This document shows, piece after piece, positions 25,067 to 34,176 of a stretch of 36,906 bases of DNA (positions are counted from its first letter, which is position 1; each line of letters begins with the position of its first letter). The DNA comes from a virus (Duplodnaviria > Caudoviricetes): positions 1 to 36,906 of the IMG/VR virus record IMGVR_UViG_3300017913_000829; one strand, given 5' to 3'. The position numbers and the translations under genes are program-made. Under the pieces are notes generated by a model. That model had not been told where the DNA came from and made no database searches. It saw only the letters and a list, made by a program, of their open reading frames with translations.

Positions 25067-25301
25067 CTTTCATTTCCTTAAGCTGTTCGTCCAAGTCGTT
25101 GATTTCTTCGAGCTGCTCTTCGAGCGTTTTTAGCTCTTTCTGGCGTGATTGCAGGATCATCTGGTGATGCGCTATGTCTGCGGACACTGTGCCGCTGCGC
25201 ACGCCTTTGTTGTTTTCGTGGATCGTGTTGATGCGCAGCTTCTGGCGTTCGATGATTTGCTTTAGAATGCCGATTTCGTATTCGAGTGTAAGTTTATCCA
25301 T
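25059..25301 (-). CDS. Small coiled-coil protein (80 aa)
   Basis: Heptad pattern; GAGGAG upstream; start uncertain. Confidence 0.6.
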   Translation of the reverse strand: MDKLTLEYEIGILKQIIERQKLRINTIHENNKGVRSGTVSADIAHHQMILQSRQKELKTLEEQLEEINDLDEQLKEMKDE

Positions 25302-25382
25302 TAGAATGGTGGCTCCTCTGCTTCGTGTTTTGGCAGCCACACGATGTCGACACCGTGTAGCTGTAGAATGAATGTTCGTAGG

Positions 25383-25784
25383 TCACTGGCGTACACGGCA
25401 CCAATACCCGTAGACCATCTTTTCAGAACTGTCGAAGATGTCCTGCGGGACGCCGTCGGTGACTGCAACGAAGTGGCGCGCCTGACGCGCGATCACTGTG
25501 CCGGCTGGCATGTCAGAGCAACGCGCTTTGCGCCCACTAAACTTGGGCGCGCGGTGCCACATCCAGCCGTGCTCCAAGAGCACTAAGTGAAAGTCATCTT
25601 TCATGATGCCGTTGCGTACTGACTTTGGGCGACCGCTATCTTTGTTGGCTTGAGCCAAAACTTTATAGCAAGTGTCGTAGTCGAGATCGAGTGCGATGGC
25701 CATTGCTCTGACAGCACAGTCGCCTGCGGTGCCTTTGCGTCCTGACGCTTCGCGTCCGCCGTCGTTGTATATGAATGTAGACAT
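25383..25784 (-). CDS. Hypothetical protein with papain-like Cys/His pattern
   Basis: GDCAVRAMAIA...RHFVAVTDG...D; first gene after the minus-strand promoter. Confidence 0.7.
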   Translation of the reverse strand: MSTFIYNDGGREASGRKGTAGDCAVRAMAIALDLDYDTCYKVLAQANKDSGRPKSVRNGIMKDDFHLVLLEHGWMWHRAPKFSGRKARCSDMPAGTVIARQARHFVAVTDGVPQDIFDSSEKMVYGYWCRVRQ

Positions 25785-25816
25785 GGTAAAACTCACTGTT
25801 TGTTAGTTATACAGTG

Positions 25817-25845
25817 TATATATGTTAACATGTCGTTAACATCAA
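25817..25845 (-). promoter_or_regulatory. Promoter TTGATG-N17-TATATA with GTTAAC-N5-GTTAAC operator in the spacer
   Basis: GTTAACatgtcGTTAAC at 25824-25840; -35 at 25845-25840 and -10 at 25822-25817 on the minus strand. Confidence 0.7.
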
Positions 25846-26022
25846 CCCCTAGATTGAGAAAAAATGCATTTTATGGCAAATTGTTTTTATGCGGCACCCA
25901 TTTCCCGCTCGAGCCGCATAGAGCATCCTCAAGCTCCCCCACGCGTTCAACTCCCTGTGCGCGTGGGGTTTATTTTGAGCGATTTTCCTGTATTATGCTC
26001 ATTAACGCAAAAGGAGATAGCA

Positions 26023-26187
26023 ATGCCTGCGAAGAAAAAAGGACTTTACACCAACATCCATGCGAAGCGTAAGCGTATTGCGGCTGGATCTGGCGAGAAG
26101 ATGCGCAAGCCAGGATCGAAAGGCGCTCCGACCGCAAAAGCGTTTAAAGCTGCTGCGAAAACCACAAAGAAGAAGGCGAAAAAGTAA
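26023..26187 (+). CDS. 54-aa highly basic protein
   Basis: AAGGAG RBS; MPAKKKGLYTNIHAKRKRIAAGSGEKMRKPG...; Lys/Ala-rich. Confidence 0.8.
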   Translation: MPAKKKGLYTNIHAKRKRIAAGSGEKMRKPGSKGAPTAKAFKAAAKTTKKKAKK

Positions 26188-26279
26188 TGCCAAACATGAA
26201 AACATGCCCGACATGTCCAACGCCGAAGCAATACGCGAAAGCTGGAGTTTGCTTAGGTCGCCTAAAAAAGTCTATGTAG
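26187..26279 (+). CDS. 30-aa basic Cys peptide (absent from the ORF track)
   Basis: TAATG coupling; MPNMKTCPTCPTPKQYAKAGVCLGRLKKSM; ends just before the next ATG. Confidence 0.5.
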   Translation: MPNMKTCPTCPTPKQYAKAGVCLGRLKKSM

Positions 26280-26280
26280 C

Positions 26281-26988
26281 ATGGGCATTTTAGATGATCT
26301 AGCGATGGGCTTTGGTCTTAAAGAGCGCACCGAGGATTATGACGCTAGGACAGCGCGTACGATCGCTTTGAACGAGCAGTACGACAACGACATTGATCGT
26401 AGCCGCGCCCTCCGATCAAAGTCTTACGACGTAACGCGCGGCGGAGCGGCACAATACCTTGGCAGCCGTGGACGTGAGAACTACAACCCGCAAATCGCTC
26501 AGGACGATCGTCCGTTTATGCAGCGTTTGCTGCGATCGCCTCAAAGCGCGCCGAGCCCAACGTCATATGCGATTGGACCTGTTAAGATGGACCAAGCGTT
26601 AAACTTGCCGTCGTTTAGCCCGATCGGCATGTTTATGAATATCTTGTCTGGCGGAAATAGAGACGTTCCGACGGTAAGCGCCGACACATCACCGATGCGT
26701 GTGCGACCACAAAGTGGCTACAATCTTGGTGGCAGCGCTCAACCGGGGACGCGTTTTGACACGCGCACAGAGGCGGAGCCGATTGACTTCAGCAATGGCA
26801 TCTTGGTCGAAGATCCTGCGACGATCGCAGCCAAGGAGGCTTTACTGTCAACGCCAGACGTTTATGATCCAAGCGGCGAATTTGGCTTGCGTGAAAATGG
26901 TGTTCTCGATCCGAACCTCGAGCTCATTACCGAGGGTCCGCACGCGGGCAAATATGTCGATAGAAGCGGCCGAATAAGGATGCCATAA
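26281..26988 (+). CDS. Hypothetical protein (235 aa), possibly virion-associated
   Basis: Long ORF with MGILDDL start in the pre-portal operon. Confidence 0.7.
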   Translation: MGILDDLAMGFGLKERTEDYDARTARTIALNEQYDNDIDRSRALRSKSYDVTRGGAAQYLGSRGRENYNPQIAQDDRPFMQRLLRSPQSAPSPTSYAIGPVKMDQALNLPSFSPIGMFMNILSGGNRDVPTVSADTSPMRVRPQSGYNLGGSAQPGTRFDTRTEAEPIDFSNGILVEDPATIAAKEALLSTPDVYDPSGEFGLRENGVLDPNLELITEGPHAGKYVDRSGRIRMP

Positions 26989-27209
26989 TGCCACGCAAGA
27001 AAACACCAGCTCGGATTAAATATGCCAACGGAACAACCTACACAGATGACAAGGGCGTTAAGCGTAAACGAACATCTGCGAAGGGCACCAAGCGCGGTGA
27101 CGCGTATTGTGCGCGTAGTTCGGGCCAGAAACAAACTGAAAAAGTTAAAGTCAGACGCAAGGCATGGGGATGCCGAGGCAAGAAATCCGTGAGATCAGGT
27201 GGTAAGTAA
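26988..27209 (+). CDS. 73-aa basic protein, DUF6321-like
   Basis: 'AYCARS...RRKAWGC' resembles the (F/Y)CAR...WxC motif; TAATG-coupled. Confidence 0.65.
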   Translation: MPRKKTPARIKYANGTTYTDDKGVKRKRTSAKGTKRGDAYCARSSGQKQTEKVKVRRKAWGCRGKKSVRSGGK

Positions 27210-27628
27210 TGGACCCATTTCTGCGTAAGCTATATGTCGACCTGACGATGGATGAGGACAACGCGTACCGTCTGCGTGAGGATGACACCGAAGGCTATAT
27301 GTACAGCGACAACACGATTATGCGTGCGTTGCGTAAGCTCGAGGCCGCAAAGGACGCAGACGAGTTTAGCTATCTTGTAAAAGCGATGCGTGAGTATGGT
27401 CCGCGTGCTGGTGCGTCTATGAACTACGAAACAAGCAACTACGCCGGCCAAGATTTCTTCGATGATAGATTGGCGGATTATCAAGAGGCCGGTCGACGCG
27501 GTGATATCTTGGGTCAGGGGAAAGCGATGGCGCGCGTTGGCATGGGATTGCTAAATCCGCTCAGTTCGGGCGATAAGCGCGCAGGCGTTACACGCGGATT
27601 ATTACGTTATATTTCGGAGAGAGAGTGA
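27209..27628 (+). CDS. Hypothetical protein (139 aa)
   Basis: Coupled ORF within the operon. Confidence 0.7.
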   Translation: MDPFLRKLYVDLTMDEDNAYRLREDDTEGYMYSDNTIMRALRKLEAAKDADEFSYLVKAMREYGPRAGASMNYETSNYAGQDFFDDRLADYQEAGRRGDILGQGKAMARVGMGLLNPLSSGDKRAGVTRGLLRYISERE

Positions 27629-29766
27629 TGGTAGATCGTGCTGGCGAACAAAGATACGGGCGCGAAATCAACAGCCCATTTGCTCAGTTTTACGCAGCCA
27701 AACGTCGCCACGATGTAAATATGGCGTTAGCGAGACGTCGTCAGCACGCTCTTGGTCTGACGTCACCAGTAGGTGGTGCTAATAGTTTATCTGACGTAGG
27801 ATTTAATGCAGCCAGCTTAGGCTTTGGGATACTAGATCCGATTTTTCGTGCAGCCGACAGTTTTGTGTCCGCCGATCGCGGTCTGATCCCGCAGGAAGAC
27901 ATGATCGGCGAAGCGTTAAATGTTACTGGTATTGCCACGGCTGGTGCAAGTGCTGTGCCTGTAAAGGGTCCGGCGTTGCGCTCAAACAATTTAAGCGGGC
28001 TTATCTCGGATGACACGCCACGAATTACTACAGAGCCCGAGTTTCGACCAGAGACGTATTATCACGGCACGCGCGCCGACATCGATGCGTTTGACAGCGA
28101 TCTAGTAGATCTAGGTGTTCATGTTGGTACTAAGGGCCAAGCAAACGAGCGTTTGAATGATTTGGTCAAAAAGGAAAGTCCTGTTTACTCTGGCGGCATC
28201 TTTGGGGCATTTGATTTGCCAGAGGGGCACGCTAGTCGCACACCTGATAGTGCATTTGTAACTGGCGAAGGATCAGCCGAAGGCGCGCAAATTATGCCTT
28301 TGCGCGTTCGTGCGGACTACCCATTACGCATGCCAGACGCTGGAGAATGGAACCGCGCCGAAGTCGTGATGTATCACCTTGAAAAGATGATGGGTCCAGA
28401 TGGCGACCCAAGGTTACGCGAGGCGTTTGAGGATTTTGATTTCGACGAACTCGAAACTGTGCGTGATCAATTCTTCGACAATGACGACTGGAAAGCCAGT
28501 CTCGAAAACCGTGAGTTTTTAGACGAGATACGAGAGCGCATCCAAGATGCGGGATACGACAGCATTGTTTACAGAAATGCTGTAGAGAGTACGCGCGATG
28601 AAGGCATCCAAGACAGCATGATTGTCCTAGACCCTCGTAACATTCGCTCGGTCAATGCTGCTTTTGATCCTGCCTTTGAGGGGAGTGACAATCTACTTCT
28701 TGCGAACAGGTCGCGCGCAGCCGGCGCTCTTGGCGTTAGCGTAAAACCACCCACTAAAGAAGAGCTCGATCCGCTTGGCTACCAGAAAACCAAGATGCGC
28801 AAGTCGCTTTTCAACACCGAGGTCGACGAGGTCGATCTAGGCGAAAACTTGCTACGCATCCCACGTTCTTGGGAAGAGATGGAGAACCGCCTGATTTTGC
28901 CGTTTTACGGTGACCGCACAAGCCGTGGCATGGAAGTGCGCGGAGTTGATGGCATGGTTTTCGATACGCCTGTATATACCGAGGGCGGTGTGGACTTTAT
29001 GCGTGGCCCCGCTGCGCAAGCTGACCGCGCTATCTGGGCGTCGAACAGCAACATCATTAAGCGTATCGCAGATGAGGCGGAAGCCGCGCGCAAGGCGGCA
29101 GCCGGGGAGCCTGTGTTTGGTATGACTGGCTCAATGGCTCCTGATGCAAACGACTTTGCGGTGCATACTGGGTCTGTGATGGCTGAGATGGTCAAGAAGT
29201 CCAAGATAAATCGTGAGACAGCGGCGTCATTCAATGACGCAATGCGCGTCGTTGATGAGACGTTCCCCGGCATTCGGTCACCGAAGCTGCGCGAATGGGT
29301 CGACAGCACAACATCGCCAAAGCGTAAAATGTTTATTCGTTTGATGGACAGCGCACCGATGCAGGCTGGCGGTATGCCAAGTCCAGCGCAGGCGCGTTAT
29401 GCTGCCACGGATGCGACGCAGCGTAACATGGGATCAGGTCAGTTCGGCATGGGTGTCGCGCAGCTTGATGAGCTGTCCCCGATTTTGCGAATTAATCCCG
29501 AGGGCAACCGTCCGGGGCAATCATTCCCGCACCGCACATACAACACACAAATCACCGGAGATTACTTTGGTTCGCTTCCACCCGTTCCGCAGGGCTTATT
29601 GTTTAAGGACGTCTATGATAGAATGGAAGGCGGGGTCACTAAAAAAGGCCAGCCGTACAACGAAGCACATAAGACGCATGCAATCAAAACAATTATGCCA
29701 GTACAGCGTTTGCGACCAGAAATCATCGAAGGTATCCTAAACTATCTTCAGCGCACCGGTAACTAA
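27625..29766 (+). CDS. Polyvalent protein with an ADP-ribosyltransferase-like (ART-PolyVal) domain and an unknown C-terminal domain
   Basis: YYHGT..DIDAFD....LGVHVGT..QA, IMPLRVR...PL and GYDSIVYRN...SMIVLDPRNIRSVNAAFDP. Confidence 0.7.
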   Translation: MMVDRAGEQRYGREINSPFAQFYAAKRRHDVNMALARRRQHALGLTSPVGGANSLSDVGFNAASLGFGILDPIFRAADSFVSADRGLIPQEDMIGEALNVTGIATAGASAVPVKGPALRSNNLSGLISDDTPRITTEPEFRPETYYHGTRADIDAFDSDLVDLGVHVGTKGQANERLNDLVKKESPVYSGGIFGAFDLPEGHASRTPDSAFVTGEGSAEGAQIMPLRVRADYPLRMPDAGEWNRAEVVMYHLEKMMGPDGDPRLREAFEDFDFDELETVRDQFFDNDDWKASLENREFLDEIRERIQDAGYDSIVYRNAVESTRDEGIQDSMIVLDPRNIRSVNAAFDPAFEGSDNLLLANRSRAAGALGVSVKPPTKEELDPLGYQKTKMRKSLFNTEVDEVDLGENLLRIPRSWEEMENRLILPFYGDRTSRGMEVRGVDGMVFDTPVYTEGGVDFMRGPAAQADRAIWASNSNIIKRIADEAEAARKAAAGEPVFGMTGSMAPDANDFAVHTGSVMAEMVKKSKINRETAASFNDAMRVVDETFPGIRSPKLREWVDSTTSPKRKMFIRLMDSAPMQAGGMPSPAQARYAATDATQRNMGSGQFGMGVAQLDELSPILRINPEGNRPGQSFPHRTYNTQITGDYFGSLPPVPQGLLFKDVYDRMEGGVTKKGQPYNEAHKTHAIKTIMPVQRLRPEIIEGILNYLQRTGN

Positions 29767-29777
29767 GGGGTTATAGA

Positions 29778-31904
29778 ATGGACTATGAAACACAAATGAT
29801 CGTCGCTGAGATGGAAGCGCTAAACCCCAATGTGATGGGTGAGGACGAGCTGCAAGGTATCGTTGGTAAAGAGATCGAGGACGCACGCGACTATGTCGAC
29901 AACACGGTGTCACCGATCCGCGCGTCGGCGACGCAGTATTATCGGGGCGAGCCGTTTGGTAATGAAGAGGACGGCCGCAGCCAAGTGGTCAGCATGGACG
30001 TACGGGATACCGTACAGTCAATCATGCCGTCACTTATGCGCATTTTCCACGGCACAGATCGCACTGTTGAGTACATCCCGCAGAACGCCGAGGATGTCGC
30101 ATCAGCAAAGCAAGCGACAGAATACGCGAATTATGTGATCAACCGCGACAACAGCGGGTTCCTGCATATGCACGCGGCGTTCAAGGATGCGCTGATCCGT
30201 AAGGTTGGCGTGTTGAAGTGTTACTGGGATGACCAGACAAAGTTTGAAACGCATGACTTGACCGGGCTGGACGACAACGCCTTGGCCGCGTTGATGGCAG
30301 ATCCAGACGCCGAGATTGAGATTGTTGCGTCCGAGCCAGTGGGCGAGCCGGACTTTGACCCTATGACTGGCGAAATCATTACGGCACCTATGATGCACGC
30401 CGTCCGCGTGACCTACACGCACCCCGACGGACGCGTGCGCCTAGAGGCTGTGCCGCCCGAGGAGTTTCTTATTTCTCGTGAGGCTAAATCCATCGAGGAA
30501 AGTGATTACGTCGCTCACCGGCGTATTCTGACGGTGTCAGAGCTTGTTTCGATGGGATACGACTACGACGAAGTGTCGGCGATGGCGTCAGCGCACGAAG
30601 ACATGACGACGAACATCGAACGCCTGACGCGCAACTCAGCTCTCGATAACGAGCTAAACGAGCGTCACGACCCGGCGATGAAGAAAGTCATGTACATCGA
30701 AAACTACATCAAAGTGGATTACGATGGTGACGGCATCGCGGAGCTGCGCAAGATTTGTACAGCGGGTGACGGTAATAAGATTTTGATGAACGAGCCGTGC
30801 GCAATGGTTCCGTTTGCATCATTCTGCCCCGATCCCGAGGCGCACGACTTCTTTGGCATGTCTATTGCTGATACGGTCGCAGATATCCAGCGGATCAAAT
30901 CGAACATCATGCGCAACACGCTTGATAGCTTGGCGATGTCTATCCACCCACGCATGGCGATCACCGAGGGCATGGTTAACATCGACGATGCCATGTCGAC
31001 TGAGGTTGGCAGCGTAATCCGCCAACGTCAGCCGGGAAGTGTGCAAATGCTGTCGATGCCGTTTGTTGGCCGCGAGGCGTTCCCAGTGTTGCAGTACATG
31101 GACGAGCTCAAAGAAGCCCGCACAGGCATCTCAAAGGCATCTATGGGCCTCGATGCGGGCGCATTGCAATCATCTACCGCATCAGCGGTTAACGCGACTG
31201 TGGCGGCCGCTCAGCAACACATCGAGCTGATTGCGCGTATCTTTGCCGAGACAGGCATGAAGCAGCTTTACAAAATTGTGCTGCACTTACTGACAACGCA
31301 TCAGGATCAGCCGCGCATGGTGCGCCTGACGAACGAGTTTGTGCCGATTGATCCCAAAGCATGGAACGCAAACATGGACGTGAGCGTCAACATCGCGTTG
31401 GGCAAAGGCAACGACACCGAGCGCATGATGATGTTGAAGCAAATCGGGGACATGCAGAAAGAAGCGATCATGCAGATGGGCCCGGTCAATCCGTTGACCG
31501 ACATGAGCAAGCTCGCGAACACGCTGAAAGCGATGACCGAAATCGCCGGGTTCAAGGACAGCTCGCAATTCTGGTCAGATCCTGCCCAATTCCAAGCACC
31601 TCCAAAAGAGGACAAGCCTGATCTGAATGAGCAATTGATCATGGTGCAGATCCAGCAAATCCAAGCGGATATGCAAAAGAAGGCGGCAGAGCTTGCGCTA
31701 GAGCGTGAGAAGATGTTGATGGACGACGATCGTAAACGCGATGAATTGGACGCAGAGCTATTCGTAAAAGCCGAGGAAATGGCGGCTAAATACGGAACGC
31801 AGCTAAACGTGGAAGAAATCCGGGCAAACTTGCAGATGAACCGAGAGATGCTGCGAAACCAAGCTGAAATCATCAAGGGAGCAATAGATGATAGCGAAGA
31901 GTAA
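29778..31904 (+). CDS. Portal protein (P22-like, long C-terminal helical barrel)
   Basis: 708 aa; YYRGEPFGNEEDGRSQVVS, FKDALIRKVG; Q/E/K-rich helical tail; precedes scaffold and capsid genes. Confidence 0.9.
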   Translation: MDYETQMIVAEMEALNPNVMGEDELQGIVGKEIEDARDYVDNTVSPIRASATQYYRGEPFGNEEDGRSQVVSMDVRDTVQSIMPSLMRIFHGTDRTVEYIPQNAEDVASAKQATEYANYVINRDNSGFLHMHAAFKDALIRKVGVLKCYWDDQTKFETHDLTGLDDNALAALMADPDAEIEIVASEPVGEPDFDPMTGEIITAPMMHAVRVTYTHPDGRVRLEAVPPEEFLISREAKSIEESDYVAHRRILTVSELVSMGYDYDEVSAMASAHEDMTTNIERLTRNSALDNELNERHDPAMKKVMYIENYIKVDYDGDGIAELRKICTAGDGNKILMNEPCAMVPFASFCPDPEAHDFFGMSIADTVADIQRIKSNIMRNTLDSLAMSIHPRMAITEGMVNIDDAMSTEVGSVIRQRQPGSVQMLSMPFVGREAFPVLQYMDELKEARTGISKASMGLDAGALQSSTASAVNATVAAAQQHIELIARIFAETGMKQLYKIVLHLLTTHQDQPRMVRLTNEFVPIDPKAWNANMDVSVNIALGKGNDTERMMMLKQIGDMQKEAIMQMGPVNPLTDMSKLANTLKAMTEIAGFKDSSQFWSDPAQFQAPPKEDKPDLNEQLIMVQIQQIQADMQKKAAELALEREKMLMDDDRKRDELDAELFVKAEEMAAKYGTQLNVEEIRANLQMNREMLRNQAEIIKGAIDDSEE

Positions 31905-32136
31905 GCAGAAGATCATCGAGGATGGTCACCATGCTAAGCGGCTGATGGATGACGATAAGCTGCAAGAATTTTTGGACGAAATTAAAGCCAGTTGCCACGT
32001 TGAAATCGAGGTGACTGGCTTTAACGATACGCAGGCGAGAGAGGCTGCGTATATGAAGCTAAAGGGCGTCGATCATGTGCGTCAGGCGCTCCAAGCAATG
32101 ATAGATAACGCATCTATTGAAAAAAACGGGAAATAG
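31888..32136 (+). CDS. Small head-module protein between portal and scaffold
   Basis: 82 aa, helical; 'AREAAY' motif; position. Confidence 0.7.
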   Translation: MIAKSKQKIIEDGHHAKRLMDDDKLQEFLDEIKASCHVEIEVTGFNDTQAREAAYMKLKGVDHVRQALQAMIDNASIEKNGK

Positions 32137-32159
32137 ACGCATAATGATGGAGAAAGACT

Positions 32160-33167
32160 ATGGCAGAAACCAATAACCCACTTGGGACTGATCTGTTCAC
32201 AGCACAAAATGCTATTAGGCAAATGATTGCACCCGAAGAGGATACTGCGACTGAGCCGAACGCGCTTGAGGCCGAAGCTGAAGAGGTAATCGAAGCGGAA
32301 GCCGAAATGCCAGAAGGTGAAGAAGAATACCAAGAGTATGACGCTGCACCCGAGGGCGAACCAGATGGAGAAGGCGAAGCCGAAGAGTTTGACGACCAAT
32401 CCTTTGACTTACTTGGGCAGATTGTCGAGGTAGACGGAGAAGAGATGACGGTCGAAGAGCTGAGACGCGGAAACCTACGACAGAAGGATTACACGCGAAA
32501 AACCCAAGAGCTTGCTGAAACTCGCAAAGAGATGGAGGCACAGTTTCAAGAGTTAGAGCGTGAACGTGCTCAATATGCTCAGGCGCTACCCTTACTACAG
32601 GAACGCTTGGAGCAACCGATGGAACAGGAGCCTGACTGGGACAAACTGTACGAAACAGACCCCAATATGGCAGCGAGAGCAGAGCGCAAATGGCGCGTCC
32701 AACAGGATGAGCGTAAAGCTCAGTTGGAGGCAGTACGCCAAGAGCGTGAACGCATGGCACAGATTGAACAGCAACGTATGACGCAGTATCAAGCGCAATA
32801 CACTGAACAACAAAGAGCCATGTTGCCAGACCTTATTCCTGAATGGCGTGACACAAAGGTCGCGAAACAGGAAGCCGGCGAATTACGATCATTCCTCTTG
32901 AACGAGGGATTTTCGCAAGACGACGTGAACGGTCTAGCGAATGCATCGCTTGTGAAATTAGCGCGTAAGGCAATGCTGTACGACAAAGGCCAAACTCGAG
33001 CAACGCAGGCAAAGACAGCCAAGGCGAAGCCGAAAGCCAAGACGATGCGGTCAGGGTCACGCGGATCACAACCAGCTCCAAAGAGTGCGCAAACACAAGC
33101 GCTTCAGCGCGCAAAGCAAACCGGCCGTGTTGCTGACGCAGCGGCTGCAATCAAATCGTTACTCTAG
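32160..33167 (+). CDS. Head scaffolding protein
   Basis: Acidic N-terminus, VDGEE.TVEEL..G..RQKDYTRKTQ, coiled coil and basic C-terminus. Confidence 0.85.
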   Translation: MAETNNPLGTDLFTAQNAIRQMIAPEEDTATEPNALEAEAEEVIEAEAEMPEGEEEYQEYDAAPEGEPDGEGEAEEFDDQSFDLLGQIVEVDGEEMTVEELRRGNLRQKDYTRKTQELAETRKEMEAQFQELERERAQYAQALPLLQERLEQPMEQEPDWDKLYETDPNMAARAERKWRVQQDERKAQLEAVRQERERMAQIEQQRMTQYQAQYTEQQRAMLPDLIPEWRDTKVAKQEAGELRSFLLNEGFSQDDVNGLANASLVKLARKAMLYDKGQTRATQAKTAKAKPKAKTMRSGSRGSQPAPKSAQTQALQRAKQTGRVADAAAAIKSLL

Positions 33168-33176
33168 GAGGCCACA

Positions 33177-34130
33177 ATGGCAATTGTAACAAACACATTC
33201 ACATCACACTCAGCGGTTGGTATCCGCGAGAGCTTGCATGATGTTATCTCAAATATTTCGCCTGAAGAGGTGCCGTTTCAATCTAACGTCGGCTCTGAAA
33301 GCGTAAGCAACACTTACTTTGAATGGCAGACTGACAGCCTAGCAGCGGCTGCGACAACAGCCGTCATCGATGGTGATGATGTAGCGTCTTTCGACAGTAC
33401 CTCAGCGACAACTCGTGTTGGTAACTACACACACATCCGTCGTCGTACAGCGATCATCGCGGACAACTTAAGCGCGCAAGATCTTGCCGGGCGCAACGAT
33501 GAGTTGAGCTACCAGCTCGCAAAGCGCGGTAAAGAAATTAAGCGCGACATCGAAAAAGTGCTATGTGACAACAACGCTCAAGTTGCTGGCGCAGCGGCTA
33601 CTGCTCGCGAAACAGGCGGTCTAGGTGCTTGGATTGCGACAAACGCAAATGCTGGCACAGGTGGAGCGCTTGCAACTGGCGACGGTACAACAGCTCGTAC
33701 AGACGGCACGCAGCGCGACTTCACTGAAACAATGTTGAAAGATGCGATGCAGCAAGCGTACACATCAGGCGGTCAGCCATCAGTATTGATGGTGGGACCA
33801 CACAACAAAACTGTTGTGTCTGGTTTCGCGGGTATTGCAGCTCAGCGTTTCATGGCGCCATCTGAGAGCCCAACAACGATCATTGGCGCGGCTGACGTTT
33901 ATATGTCCGACTTCGGCACTTTGAATGTCATTCCTAACCGGTTCCAACGTGAGCGTGACGCGTTCTTGCTAGATCCAGAGTACGCATCAGTATGCTACCT
34001 ACGTCCGATCCAAGCGGTCGAACTAGCAAAAACAGGTGACGCAGAAAAGCGTATGGTCATCTCAGAATTTGGTCTAAAAGTTCTTAACGAAGGCGCACAC
34101 GCCATCGTCGCGGACTTGAATGTATCATAA
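33177..34130 (+). CDS. Major capsid protein (SU10/DUF5309-like)
   Basis: 317 aa; RESL.DVI.NISP, FEWQTDSL, NYTHI, SDFG and LAKTGD; GGAGG RBS. Confidence 0.92.
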   Translation: MAIVTNTFTSHSAVGIRESLHDVISNISPEEVPFQSNVGSESVSNTYFEWQTDSLAAAATTAVIDGDDVASFDSTSATTRVGNYTHIRRRTAIIADNLSAQDLAGRNDELSYQLAKRGKEIKRDIEKVLCDNNAQVAGAAATARETGGLGAWIATNANAGTGGALATGDGTTARTDGTQRDFTETMLKDAMQQAYTSGGQPSVLMVGPHNKTVVSGFAGIAAQRFMAPSESPTTIIGAADVYMSDFGTLNVIPNRFQRERDAFLLDPEYASVCYLRPIQAVELAKTGDAEKRMVISEFGLKVLNEGAHAIVADLNVS

Positions 34131-34137
34131 TTCAAGA

Positions 34138-34157
34138 GGGGCGGCTTAGGTCGCCCC
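34138..34157 (+). terminator. GC-rich hairpin after the capsid gene (weak terminator or 3' stabiliser)
   Basis: GGGGCGGC-TTAG-GTCGCCCC; no U-tract. Confidence 0.5.
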
Positions 34158-34176
34158 ATCTACTGTGGAGAGGTAT

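Noticed and set aside
25301-25396. Possible 31-aa minus-strand ORF ending EEPPF
   Set aside because: Weak GTG start and no clear RBS; plausible but unsupported.
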